DNA of 64,000 bases, taken from contig CASIBX010000017.1 in NCBI GenBank assembly GCA_949373075.1, forward strand, positions 628 through 64,627, in the 5' to 3' direction. Positions within the stretch are counted from its first letter, which is position 1; every line of letters begins with the position of its first letter. The notes beneath the pieces were generated by a model. It was not told the DNA's origin, ran no database searches, and was given only the letters and a program-made list of their open reading frames with translations. Of this stretch, positions 8,862 through 19,241 are shown one piece after another. The position numbers were made by a program, and so were the translations under genes. Source of the DNA: Candidatus Poseidoniaceae archaeon. GTDB lineage: Archaea > Thermoplasmatota > Poseidoniia > Poseidoniales > Poseidoniaceae.

Positions 8862-10631
8862 TCAAACTCTTCGTCTAAGCTTCTCCATGAAGCCATCTGC
8901 TAATCCGAGTGATTCTAACGCTTCATCTATTCTTCCGACTTTGTGAGCCTCTTGTGCTAGGCTAATCGCTTCTTCAGTAGAACGTCTTTCTTCATCGTCA
9001 ACCTTTATTCCACTAGCATTGCATTGATTTCGTAATGTCTTCCATTCGTCCAAAACGAATTCTAATAATTCACTGGCTTCATCACTGGATTTCCCTTCTG
9101 TATCTAGGTCTTTAGTGAGTCTTCCAAGTAGGGTAGCTGCATGTGTCCACTCAAGGGAATCTGCTGCGTTTTCAATCTCTATTAGGCGCCCATTCCAGTC
9201 GGATGCGTCTTCCCTTTCTAGCCATCGTGAAATCAGATGGACCTTTTGTCTAAGGGCTCGGCGTACAACATCCATCGCTTCTCTTTCAGCAATAATTTCT
9301 CTTACAATTCCATCTGCTAGGCCCTTGGCTTGGGCATGATCTCCTGAATCAAGTGCTGCTTCAGACCTCTCAAGTCGTTCTTCTAGAGAGCCTTTGTTGA
9401 TTCCATCTGCAGATTTCAATTGTCTCGCTGCTTTCTTTACTGAATCTTCTGCTATTTCCAACGCATCTCCCGATGCAGCCAATTGGTCAGGAATTACCAT
9501 TGCAAATTCATAGGCTTTCATCGGTTTCTCAGCATACAATTTCTTTCGAGCATCTGCTAGTAATTCTTCGAGGCTTTCGGGGGCATGCTCTGATTCAGCA
9601 AGTAATAGCGAACCCTCACTGATTGCGTTCTCAGCCTTCCCCCACCATTCGATAATTTCGTTAGCGCGCTTCTTGGCTTCTCGGAATAGAGATTCTCCTT
9701 CTCTTAGGCTTCCTAATTCGACTTCACGTTGCCCCATATCCCAAGCTTTACGTGGTCGCTTTACGACAGGAGCAATCTCTTCTGCTTGATTCACAGCATC
9801 TAATGAATCAGCCTTAATCGCTTCAACATCCCCTGCCAGAGAAAGTGAACGTTCAATGTCTTCTTCAGCCTCATCAAGTAACCTCATTCCCCAACTAGGG
9901 TCACGGTGACCTTCTTCCCTAGCAGTCATGACTAAACTGGCTGCTTGGTCCACAGCAGATCCTTGACTTTTGAGAAGTAGCATGTAATTTTCTAAAGCAT
10001 TTAATCTGATGTCGAACTCTTTGCGCATCGCTCTCTGATCGTCATTTCCAAACCAATCGGCTCCGGTAAGAACGATTCCAATGCTAAAGAATGCTATTTG
10101 GACGAAAGATGAATTGTCGTCAAAACTTGAAGTCGATAATAGGGATGCTGCTAATACACAACCCATCAGCCCCATCAATGCTCTAAATTTCATTACAGCG
10201 AGTCCACCTTGCAAGATTGTTCGACTCACGCGGAATAGTGCTAGGGATACTACCAGTAGCAAGCACATCCCAACCATTTGGGAAATATCTCCCTCTAATT
10301 GTGAGATTGCTATGACCGAAATCGGCAGCCAAGAAATTGTAGCTGCAGCGCCCACTCTGGAGCGCCCTTTCTTGTCCAGTACTCCAAGGTCTTGGACAAA
10401 AATCCCCCAAGCTAGTATGATTAACGGATATCCCAGACCCGTAATTAGGGGTCCGCCATCCATTGCAGATTGCAGTGCTGGCCAAGCAAGCCAAGTGGCT
10501 GCAATTAGTATGGTGAAGGCTGATGCACTTGCCAATCTTTCGATACTATCGAGTTGGCTTTTACTCTCAGCCTCGACAGCATCTTCCAGATTTACGAAGC
10601 CATCCATATTATATCCACCACGGTTAAGCAT
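8862..10631 (-). CDS. membrane protein with polytopic N-terminal half and long alpha-helical, acidic cytoplasmic C-terminal half
   Basis: 589-aa ORF with ~7 hydrophobic helices followed by ~380 aa of E/A/L/R-rich helical sequence. It starts 1 nt after the stop of the upstream 833-aa surface-protein gene. Confidence 0.6.
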   Translation of the reverse strand: MLNRGGYNMDGFVNLEDAVEAESKSQLDSIERLASASAFTILIAATWLAWPALQSAMDGGPLITGLGYPLIILAWGIFVQDLGVLDKKGRSRVGAAATISWLPISVIAISQLEGDISQMVGMCLLLVVSLALFRVSRTILQGGLAVMKFRALMGLMGCVLAASLLSTSSFDDNSSFVQIAFFSIGIVLTGADWFGNDDQRAMRKEFDIRLNALENYMLLLKSQGSAVDQAASLVMTAREEGHRDPSWGMRLLDEAEEDIERSLSLAGDVEAIKADSLDAVNQAEEIAPVVKRPRKAWDMGQREVELGSLREGESLFREAKKRANEIIEWWGKAENAISEGSLLLAESEHAPESLEELLADARKKLYAEKPMKAYEFAMVIPDQLAASGDALEIAEDSVKKAARQLKSADGINKGSLEERLERSEAALDSGDHAQAKGLADGIVREIIAEREAMDVVRRALRQKVHLISRWLEREDASDWNGRLIEIENAADSLEWTHAATLLGRLTKDLDTEGKSSDEASELLEFVLDEWKTLRNQCNASGIKVDDEERRSTEEAISLAQEAHKVGRIDEALESLGLADGFMEKLRRRV

Positions 10632-10632
10632 A

Positions 10633-13134
10633 TCAGAATCTCGGTCCCTTTCGAGATCTAACCCATCCTATTGCTAATGCTGCAACTAATACGATACCCA
10701 ATAATTCCATCGTACCAATGCCTGTGCCGGAATGGTATTCACTGGTAGAATGTTTTACAATCGTTTGATTCGTGTCATCCAAATAGGTTAAATCTACTGC
10801 AAATGTTTCAAACCAATCAAGGTCAATTTTAATCAAAACAATAGCGGTTGTATTTTGCGAATAACTGGATGGGCCAACTATGGATTCTACGCAGACATCA
10901 TCGCTGCAAACAATAAATTCGGTAGTGCTGGCTCCATTATTTTGAACAGTTACCCAAAACTGATTCATCCCGGGCTCTATTTCGGTTGAAGAACTTGTAA
11001 TGTCAATAATCTCAAGGTTTCTTGCGATTGGTGGCGAGATTGCAACACTTACCATACTACCTCCTATATTGCCACTTTCATCGTACCCATTTATCTTGAT
11101 TTGATGATAGCCAGTCCCCAGTTCTGGAAGTTCCCAAAATTGAACATCTAACCATGACAGTCCGGAATTTACTATTCCTTGATATTCAATTGAGAAATTG
11201 ATTTTGTCAATTGAAGAATGGTCATCAAAACTTTCGGTCAAGTTGAGTCTTATGTTGTCTCCTGGACTAAACATTGCGCCCGATGTTTCCCATTCCCCTC
11301 CTTCCTTTTGAAGTTCTAAAGATCCTAATATCACAGGTCCAGAATTATCGCTTAAACGGATTGTCCAATTCCCAGAAGTACTATGTCCTACATCATCGGT
11401 AACTTCTGCATTTAACCAGTATTCTATGGGGTTTCTTGCTTTGTGCCTTTCAGTAATATTGTCATTGATTGAATTAAGATTAGAGTCGACTACGAATGAA
11501 GTATGCAAAAAGTCGCCAGTATACCACCAGTCTTCTGATTTATTACTAGTCCAGTAAACGCGTAAATTCTCATCATGGTCATCGCCAACCATCAAATCCC
11601 AATCAAAAGCTCCCGGCTCAATTACTTGAACATCTGTACTTGCATTTATCCAAGGAGTGCCTGCATCAAGGACAAATGTCCCATTCCAAGAGTCTGAAAG
11701 ACCTCCCTCATCAGTACACGTAACCATCACAGAAATATTGGAATTCATCTCATAGGAAGAAAGGTTGACTCCATGGTTATCTACCAGCCCTGATATATTC
11801 CATGTGCAATCATGTATCGATAGTGGCTCGTCTTGGATTACAGCATCAAAGTCGTAAGATGTGTTTTCCCAAGGCAATGCATAACCTTCTGCCATAGACA
11901 CTTCTGGTGCATTATTTTGGCCCAATGTGATGGTATAGTATCCTGAAACTGAAGATTCATCTCGTAGAAGAGTGAAGTTAGAACTTGAACCATCTATCCA
12001 CTCTTCTAGTGGACTTGAAAGATATTGCCAATCCCCATCTGTGGTAATAGTGAGCGGCGTAGTTTGCCTCAGGTCATTCTGGAAAGGTATTTCCAATCTG
12101 AGCAAGTTAATATTTGAACGAGATGCTGTGATTGTCCCAGTTTCATCCCAACCCCAAGTTCCTGTTGATAGGTCTATCTCAGCATCGATACTAAAATCTG
12201 AGAACGTTACTGCATTGTCATCAATAATACAACACAAAGCTTCGCTTCCAGTAATGTAAATCATAGTTTCAAGAAGGTTTTCTAATTCATTTACATCTCC
12301 ATTGAGGAATCGATTGACTTGACTATCAATGCCAGCCTGCACTCCAGGGATAAACGGTAATCCAAATCCATCACTGAACACGTGACTAGCAGTCCACAGC
12401 CCAGTAATGTCTTCATTTGGAGTTAAATTAGATGTAAATTCGAGATTGGCATTACCAGTAATCATCGAACTGTTTAGCTGTTCTCCAATCCAATCTGTAG
12501 TTGGAGGCCAAGAGGAATTACCTATAGGCAGTCCATTGAGTATAACTCTGGCAGACCATCCTCCTCCAAATTCCCCAACCGTCAAATTCCCATCTACCCA
12601 ATTCACGATTTCTCCAGAGCCTGTATGCGATGCGATAACAGAAACATCATCTGAAAAATTACCGCTTAGATTGTAGGTAGTGGTGCCGTTTGGAATCGTG
12701 ATTTGGCTCTGGCCATACCTCATTTCGCTACCCCCATTTCCAATCACCAAGACTGGAACTCCATTGGGGGCATCGATTAAGCCGTCACTAACCGGTGAGG
12801 CCCAAGTACTACCCAATACCTGAATCGTGTGGGCTCCTTCTACGGTGAAGAGGCCCTCTATGATAGGATATGCTTCCAGAACAACCGTGGTTTGGGAAGT
12901 GGGAACTGGCGGATGCCACATTACTACGTATCCTTCACAAATGGCTCTCGGTTGATACATTGCTCCAACTGGCTCATCCAATATCCTTCCAGTCCAAGGC
13001 TCGCTTAAAGTGATGTCACAATCGTTGATAGGATTGCCAAAAGGGTCCTCGACTTCGATAGCCCAACCATTGTCCTCTTCAGCCAAAGTCGAAGGAATTA
13101 GTAGGAGCAAAACTAGTACTAGCACCCTTCGCAT
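10633..13134 (-). CDS. large secreted, C-terminally anchored surface (glyco)protein
   Basis: Signal peptide MRRVLVLVLLLLIPSTLAEE. More than 20 N-x-S/T sequons. C-terminal TM helix plus a basic tail (LLGIVLVAALAIGWVRSRKGPRF). No recognisable catalytic motif. Confidence 0.65.
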   Translation of the reverse strand: MRRVLVLVLLLLIPSTLAEEDNGWAIEVEDPFGNPINDCDITLSEPWTGRILDEPVGAMYQPRAICEGYVVMWHPPVPTSQTTVVLEAYPIIEGLFTVEGAHTIQVLGSTWASPVSDGLIDAPNGVPVLVIGNGGSEMRYGQSQITIPNGTTTYNLSGNFSDDVSVIASHTGSGEIVNWVDGNLTVGEFGGGWSARVILNGLPIGNSSWPPTTDWIGEQLNSSMITGNANLEFTSNLTPNEDITGLWTASHVFSDGFGLPFIPGVQAGIDSQVNRFLNGDVNELENLLETMIYITGSEALCCIIDDNAVTFSDFSIDAEIDLSTGTWGWDETGTITASRSNINLLRLEIPFQNDLRQTTPLTITTDGDWQYLSSPLEEWIDGSSSNFTLLRDESSVSGYYTITLGQNNAPEVSMAEGYALPWENTSYDFDAVIQDEPLSIHDCTWNISGLVDNHGVNLSSYEMNSNISVMVTCTDEGGLSDSWNGTFVLDAGTPWINASTDVQVIEPGAFDWDLMVGDDHDENLRVYWTSNKSEDWWYTGDFLHTSFVVDSNLNSINDNITERHKARNPIEYWLNAEVTDDVGHSTSGNWTIRLSDNSGPVILGSLELQKEGGEWETSGAMFSPGDNIRLNLTESFDDHSSIDKINFSIEYQGIVNSGLSWLDVQFWELPELGTGYHQIKINGYDESGNIGGSMVSVAISPPIARNLEIIDITSSSTEIEPGMNQFWVTVQNNGASTTEFIVCSDDVCVESIVGPSSYSQNTTAIVLIKIDLDWFETFAVDLTYLDDTNQTIVKHSTSEYHSGTGIGTMELLGIVLVAALAIGWVRSRKGPRF

Positions 13135-13234
13135 GTCTCCCTAGGGGACATCCATACCTCATCAAGCAAACGGCCTCTCGCGCCCATATGTTCATGGTCG
13201 GCATTGGCCCAACTCGCAGGGAAGGGGGAGCAAT

Positions 13235-14185
13235 ATGCCCGGAATCATCACCATGGACGACCTAACAAATGAGGAAATCATTTCTATTCTAGACGATGCA
13301 GAGCGGCTACTTCCTGTCGCTCGCGGAGAGATATATTTGCCACTGCTACAAGGGCGGATTCTTGGTAACTTATTCTTTGAGCCTTCTACTAGGACTAGAA
13401 TGTCATTCGAGACTGCAATGAAGCGTTTAGGTGGGGATGTTGTCAATCTTGGAGACGTAAAAACCTCCTCTGTAGTAAAGGGAGAAACTCTATTCGACAC
13501 CATTCAAATGGTCGATGGATATACCGATATTATTGCTATGAGACACCCTCGTCAAGGCGCGGCACAATACGCCTCAGATAGTGCTAGAGTTCCGATTATG
13601 AATGGCGGAGATGGTGCTGGCCACCACCCGACTCAAACAATGCTTGATCTTTTCACAATTAGAAAGTCTCACGGAACTCTTGAAGGATTAAACGTGGTCC
13701 TAGCTGGAGATTTGCGATATGGCAGAACCGTCCACTCCCTTTCACATGCTTTAGTCAGGTTTGGTTGCAACGTTACCTTTGCATCTCCGGATAGTCTTAG
13801 AATGCCAGAAGAGATTGTTAATGACCTTCGAGCACACGGTGGAGATGTTGTAGAAACAACTGAATTGCTTAATCAAATTGACACTGCTGACGTGATTTAT
13901 ATGACTCGAATTCAGAAAGAGAGATTCCCTGATGATGATGAATATACTAAGGTTGCTGGTGCTTACAAATTACATGCCAGGGACTTAGACGGAGCAAAAC
14001 CTGAGATGATAATTATGCATCCTTTGCCCCGTGTTGATGAAATCCATCCTTCGGTTGATGCTACAAGGCATGCAGCCTATTTCGAACAAGCGTTCAATGG
14101 TGTAGTAGCTAGAATGTCTTTGATGTGCTGGTTACTTGGAGTGACGGTACCTGAAGATATCAATTCAGCAGGAGGGGTTCTATGA
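13235..14185 (+). CDS. pyrB: aspartate carbamoyltransferase catalytic subunit
   Basis: Motifs FFEPSTRTRMSFETA, HPTQ and HPLPRVDEI. A GGGGGAG Shine-Dalgarno motif lies upstream. Confidence 0.95.
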   Translation: MPGIITMDDLTNEEIISILDDAERLLPVARGEIYLPLLQGRILGNLFFEPSTRTRMSFETAMKRLGGDVVNLGDVKTSSVVKGETLFDTIQMVDGYTDIIAMRHPRQGAAQYASDSARVPIMNGGDGAGHHPTQTMLDLFTIRKSHGTLEGLNVVLAGDLRYGRTVHSLSHALVRFGCNVTFASPDSLRMPEEIVNDLRAHGGDVVETTELLNQIDTADVIYMTRIQKERFPDDDEYTKVAGAYKLHARDLDGAKPEMIIMHPLPRVDEIHPSVDATRHAAYFEQAFNGVVARMSLMCWLLGVTVPEDINSAGGVL

Positions 14186-14658
14186 GTCAAGAAGCAAACA
14201 TGCGTCGAGTAACTGCGATTAAGAATGGTACTGTTATTGATCATGTACCCGCTGGAAAGGCTCTTTCAGTGCTCAAGATGTTAGGAATCGGAGGCAACAT
14301 GTCCAATCCTGTATCTCTTGTAATGAATGTACCATCAAAGAAGATGGGTGGTAAAGACATCATCAAAGTCGAGGATAGAGAATTGACTCAGAATGAACTC
14401 GACAGACTAGCGTTAGTCGCACCAGATGCATCGGTGGCTATTATTCGAGCCTACACTGTAGCAGAAAAATTAGAGATTAATCTAACTCAAGAGGTGAAAA
14501 ATGTTGCACGTTGCACATTCTCTAATTGTATTACAACTAATCATCGAGAACCACTACCTCATCGACTGGTAGTTACGAAGCGCGACCCTCTAGAATTGAG
14601 GTGCAGGTATTGTGGTAAGACACAAGATATCGAAGGCCTAGTGGACAACCTTCTGTGA
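14182..14658 (+). CDS. pyrI: aspartate carbamoyltransferase regulatory subunit
   Basis: ATGA overlap with pyrB. ~157 aa with the IKNGTVIDH motif and a C-terminal C..C...C..C zinc domain. Confidence 0.9.
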   Translation: MSQEANMRRVTAIKNGTVIDHVPAGKALSVLKMLGIGGNMSNPVSLVMNVPSKKMGGKDIIKVEDRELTQNELDRLALVAPDASVAIIRAYTVAEKLEINLTQEVKNVARCTFSNCITTNHREPLPHRLVVTKRDPLELRCRYCGKTQDIEGLVDNLL

Positions 14659-17193
14659 TTATAATTCCAGTAACTTGGCCTTTTCACATGCCTTGAGGTT
14701 TATCCATCCAGGGAATCCTAAGTCGATTGGTACACCACCAACAGTCGCAACTAGACCAGTCATTATCAGATGATTTGCGAGCGGAGAATTAGCCCACTCA
14801 AACTTCTTCCAATCATTTCTCCCATGGCTAACCTTAGCCAAATCCTTACGAACAACCCAAGAATTGGCATTCCAAGAATGCTTCTTCATTCCATTTGTAG
14901 TGATGCTAGGTGCTGCAACAACATTGTGAGATGTGGACCAATTAATCTCCCAATCTCCATCCATTGTATCTGCCCATATTAATCCAGTAACTTCCGGTAT
15001 AGGCATATCCATTTCACCTTGGAAAGCCAGGTGAATCGCTAATCTCCTCAGATGCGGATGCCTAGGGTGTAATTTCATAGTTTTCTTTACGATATTTACT
15101 GCACTAGCAACCATGCCTCGGTCAAGATACAGTAACGCTCGTGCGGTTTGTCCATGAGGCCAAGAAATCATGTCTAGATCATTATCTTCCGCCCAGGTTT
15201 CAAGTTTGTCGAGTGCGATATCTGATTGTGACCACAGCCTGTATCTTGCGATATCCCCCAAAACTTGTAACTTACCAGCAGGGTTCATTTTCCACGACAA
15301 GTTACTAGCAGGAACGCCCTCGGAGTATCTACGAATTAAATCGATATTTCGTTTGGTAACAGGGTCTAAGCGAAGCATTAGGCGTATCTCGTTTGGTATT
15401 TTCTTTGAAGGCTCGAATATTGCGGCAATCCATCGCATTCGGGCGGCTTCAATGTCCTCATCTGCGAGTAAATTGAGCCTTGGTGCCGCTTCAGAAATAT
15501 CTCTTTGTGCTAGAGAGGATGCTGCTAGAATCAGTCGAGCGATCTCAGCGGTACGCCCTGCTCTTAATGCAAGGAATGAAAGCGCAACTTGCTCAGTTTG
15601 GTCCCAACGACCCAACCCCATCAGTAATTCCATACTCGCTTCTGTTCTTCGGACTAGAGACAAACCTTCGATGCTCTCCTCGCCATGGTCTTCGTAAAGT
15701 ATTTCCATTTTAGCAATCGCTTTTGACCATTCATCTGCAGCAATCAAATCGGTAAAAGCCTCACCTTTGCGGTAAATCATTTCTTCAATAGCTTCCAATT
15801 GTATTCGCTTTTGGTTAGCGGTTGCATCGAAGGTGATATCATCCAGCCTTTGACCAGTTCTTCTTGACATTACCCAAATCCCAAGGAATACAACTTGACC
15901 TCCTGCTGCCAACATCCAAGTCAATTCTTCAAGGGCATTTTTACTAACAATTTGACAAATCGAATTCTCCCATGTGCCACACTCAGCACCTTGTGGGAGA
16001 TATTGAGAGTCCCAGAATGTCAACATCGCCAGAGCCAATAGCAGCATTGATTGGCCTGCAAATCCCGTAAAACAGAAATTAAGAACATTGGCTTGCTGTG
16101 TTCTTTCACTACGTAGCAATCTAGAATCTGCAAGTCTGATTCCACCTTTACCAGAGACATCAGCGATATCTAAAAACAATATTCTTGCAACTTCATATAC
16201 GAATAAAAAGCCAATCACTGCTACGTTCAATAGAAGGAATAGAAGAACCATTGTAACCAATGGTACTCTGATTCCTGATTCAGATATATGCGAAAATAAC
16301 TCGATTGCATAGAACCCTAGTACTCCACCTTCTTCCATGATTGTCGACTGAGGGCGGTATTCTGGGAGTTCAAGCACACGCTGGGTATGTTCAAACATGG
16401 AAGGGTCAATGGCTAGAAGAATTAGAGACACTAGAGTGTTGAATGCAATGAATGGCATTGCTGCGGAATTCAGCCAAACTAGAGTAGCGATAACTTGTTT
16501 TCTTGCTCTTGGTTTGTAAGGATAGAATGCTGAAGGTTTTCCTTTAGACAATTGTCTACTCGATTCTACTAATGCAGTCCAAGATGAACCCATAACGCGA
16601 CCATAAGCAATGAAGCCGGGAGCGAACGCTAACAGTCCGGTTAATGCTAATCTCCTGTCCAAACCTATTCCCGCTAGTCCCATAATATACCAAAGCATCA
16701 GTAGTGCGGTAAACCATAGAATCGTAATGTTGACTCCAGTTCCACTTCTAAAGGTGCTAGCACCTTGTAATGTGGCTCGATTACCACCAGTTTTAGTAAT
16801 CAATTGTGTACTCATCGATACACCAGTGGATATCATAGCAGGGAATACAATCAATACTAATGCAGCAGATATTGAGAACATATGTAATCCCTCAGACAAA
16901 CCTAATTGATAGAATAACCATTCTACTGCAAGCAATATTGCTCCAGTTAGTGCCATCACATAGACGGTAAGTCCATTTCGCATACCCGGAGCTTTCAACA
17001 ATTTCTTTGCTTCTTCCTTATCTGCAGTTACAGTATGGACTTCGTATCTTTTTGGTCCGGTAGGGAATGCTACTTGTAATCCTGAAAGTCCTCTGGGAAT
17101 AAGATATTCTTGGAATAGATAAGCGAGACTTACAGACAATCCGATAGCAAAAAATGCCATTATGTCAAAATCACTAACCAGTTCTATACCCAT
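14659..17193 (-). CDS. large polytopic membrane protein with helical-repeat (TPR-like) C-terminal domain, unknown function
   Basis: 844-aa ORF. It has more than 10 hydrophobic helices in the first ~440 aa, then ~400 aa of soluble alpha-helical repeat-like sequence. Confidence 0.6.
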   Translation of the reverse strand: MGIELVSDFDIMAFFAIGLSVSLAYLFQEYLIPRGLSGLQVAFPTGPKRYEVHTVTADKEEAKKLLKAPGMRNGLTVYVMALTGAILLAVEWLFYQLGLSEGLHMFSISAALVLIVFPAMISTGVSMSTQLITKTGGNRATLQGASTFRSGTGVNITILWFTALLMLWYIMGLAGIGLDRRLALTGLLAFAPGFIAYGRVMGSSWTALVESSRQLSKGKPSAFYPYKPRARKQVIATLVWLNSAAMPFIAFNTLVSLILLAIDPSMFEHTQRVLELPEYRPQSTIMEEGGVLGFYAIELFSHISESGIRVPLVTMVLLFLLLNVAVIGFLFVYEVARILFLDIADVSGKGGIRLADSRLLRSERTQQANVLNFCFTGFAGQSMLLLALAMLTFWDSQYLPQGAECGTWENSICQIVSKNALEELTWMLAAGGQVVFLGIWVMSRRTGQRLDDITFDATANQKRIQLEAIEEMIYRKGEAFTDLIAADEWSKAIAKMEILYEDHGEESIEGLSLVRRTEASMELLMGLGRWDQTEQVALSFLALRAGRTAEIARLILAASSLAQRDISEAAPRLNLLADEDIEAARMRWIAAIFEPSKKIPNEIRLMLRLDPVTKRNIDLIRRYSEGVPASNLSWKMNPAGKLQVLGDIARYRLWSQSDIALDKLETWAEDNDLDMISWPHGQTARALLYLDRGMVASAVNIVKKTMKLHPRHPHLRRLAIHLAFQGEMDMPIPEVTGLIWADTMDGDWEINWSTSHNVVAAPSITTNGMKKHSWNANSWVVRKDLAKVSHGRNDWKKFEWANSPLANHLIMTGLVATVGGVPIDLGFPGWINLKACEKAKLLEL

Positions 17194-17202
17194 GGATTAG
17201 CC

Positions 17203-19230
17203 TCATTCATTTTGTGGAGGAACAAGGGATGGAACCGCTACTTTCGTATCGATTTCATTCAATAACTCTGATAGGAACTCAGGGAATTGAACTCCTGCTC
17301 TCTGGTCTCCATTTCTTGCGCGTATCGAGACTGTATTGTTACTAACTTCATCATCACCAATGATTAGCATATATGCTGGTTGGAACTTTCTACGCATCCG
17401 GATTTTCTTTCCAATCGTATCATCACCATCATCCAATTCAGATCTGATTCCTGCATCCTTCAATTTTTCATGAATCGTTCTGCCGAAATCAACCTGCTTT
17501 TCAGAGATGGTTAGGATATGGATTTGAGTTGGGGCTAACCAGGTAGGGAACTTTCCAGCAAAGTGTTCGATTAAAACTCCACAGAATCTTTCCATCGACC
17601 CAAATGGCGCACGATGTATCATTACTGGGCGATGCATTTCTCCATCGCTTCCTTTGTACTCTAATTCAAATCTCTCAGGAAGATTGTAATCCACTTGAAC
17701 AGTTCCTAGTTGCCATTCACGGCCTATGACATCCTTGACGACGAAATCTATTTTCGGGCCATAGAATGCTGCTTCACCTTCTTCTTCAGACCAATTAACG
17801 CCTAAACTATCCGCCGCAGCACGACATGCTTCTTCCGCAAGGTCCCATTTTTCACTCGCTCCAACATATTTGCTGGAATCTGCATCGCGTAGTCCAACTC
17901 TGACTCGATAATCGTCCATTCCGAGAGCTTCAAAAATAACTTGAACCAATTCGATACAACCTAGCACTTCCTTCGCAATTTGGTCTTCTGTAACGAATAG
18001 ATGTGCATCATCTTGTGTGAAACCACGGACTCTGGTCATGCCAGATATCTCACCCGATTGTTCCCAGCGATATACAGTTCCAAATTCGGCTAACCTTAGT
18101 GGTAAGTCACGATAGGAGCGGGCTTGTGAGGAATAGATTTTGATATGGTGCGGGCAATTCATAGGTTTCAGCATATATCCTTCGATGTCACCTGCAATCA
18201 TCATATTCGATAATTCTCCACAAGTGCAACCCTCATTTGCCAATTTTGCCATCATATCCTTTTCAACTAGTGGAGGATACTGAGAGTCTTGGTAGTAGGG
18301 GAAATGACCACTTTTGCGATATAGGTCTAATTTCCCAATATGAGGAGTGTAGACTTGATGGTATCCTTGCCTTGTAAGATGCTCTGAAATGAAATTCTGT
18401 AAACATGTTCTAACAATTGCACCTCGGGGTGTCCATAGAATAAGTCCCTGTCCAACGTCTTCGTCAACATGGAACAACTGCAAATCCTTGCCTAATTTCC
18501 TATGGTCTCTTTTCTTTGCTTCCTCCATTGCAGACATTGTCGACTTTAGAGATTCCTTTGTCGGCTCTACGATTCCATAAATCCGAGTCAACTGTTCATT
18601 ACTCTGGTCGCCCCGCCAGAAAGCGGAAGAGACAGATGTTAGGCGAACATGCATTAGTTTAGCAGTCGAATGTACGTGGGGTCCAAGGCAGAGGTCGTAC
18701 CAATCACCTTGTTGATATATCGAAGTTCCAGCGCCCTCTTCCAATTTATCTTTTATTATTTCTAATTTATATGGGTTAGATGCAAATAAATCTTCTAATT
18801 CAGTATCACTGCATTCTATTCTTTCCACAGTTAAATTCTTTCGTGCAAGTTCATGCATTTTTTTCTGAACCGCTTTTAGGTCTGCTTCTCCAAAATCATT
18901 TAGATCTGCAAAATCATAGTAAAAACCACGGTCTACAGGGGGACCAATAGTTGGTTTAGCATCAGGATACAATGATGTAATGGCCTGTGCTAAAAGGTGT
19001 GCTGCGCTGTGGCGGAGTATGTAGATTCCATCGTCATCAAAACCGGAAATACCTGTGACAGAACAATCAGATTCGAGGATTGCGGAGAAATCTTTCTGCT
19101 CACCATTTACCATTGCTGCAACACAATCATGCTTTCTTCCTTCGATGTCAATTACAATTTCGCCTGCCGTAATTCCAGTGGCGTATTCATTGGTTGAACC
19201 ATCTGGCAGGGTAACAGAAATCATCGTCAT
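17203..19230 (-). CDS. thrS: threonyl-tRNA synthetase, bacterial-type (TGS + HxxxH editing domain)
   Basis: The TGS-like N-terminus ISVTLPDGS, the editing-domain motif HSAAHLLAQA and the class II core motifs are present. The start is set at ATG 19230 (MTMISV), which has GGAGG 7 nt upstream. The tracked start at 19272 would translate a GC hairpin. Confidence 0.9.
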   Translation of the reverse strand: MTMISVTLPDGSTNEYATGITAGEIVIDIEGRKHDCVAAMVNGEQKDFSAILESDCSVTGISGFDDDGIYILRHSAAHLLAQAITSLYPDAKPTIGPPVDRGFYYDFADLNDFGEADLKAVQKKMHELARKNLTVERIECSDTELEDLFASNPYKLEIIKDKLEEGAGTSIYQQGDWYDLCLGPHVHSTAKLMHVRLTSVSSAFWRGDQSNEQLTRIYGIVEPTKESLKSTMSAMEEAKKRDHRKLGKDLQLFHVDEDVGQGLILWTPRGAIVRTCLQNFISEHLTRQGYHQVYTPHIGKLDLYRKSGHFPYYQDSQYPPLVEKDMMAKLANEGCTCGELSNMMIAGDIEGYMLKPMNCPHHIKIYSSQARSYRDLPLRLAEFGTVYRWEQSGEISGMTRVRGFTQDDAHLFVTEDQIAKEVLGCIELVQVIFEALGMDDYRVRVGLRDADSSKYVGASEKWDLAEEACRAAADSLGVNWSEEEGEAAFYGPKIDFVVKDVIGREWQLGTVQVDYNLPERFELEYKGSDGEMHRPVMIHRAPFGSMERFCGVLIEHFAGKFPTWLAPTQIHILTISEKQVDFGRTIHEKLKDAGIRSELDDGDDTIGKKIRMRRKFQPAYMLIIGDDEVSNNTVSIRARNGDQRAGVQFPEFLSELLNEIDTKVAVPSLVPPQNE

Positions 19231-19241
19231 GAGTGTGCCTC

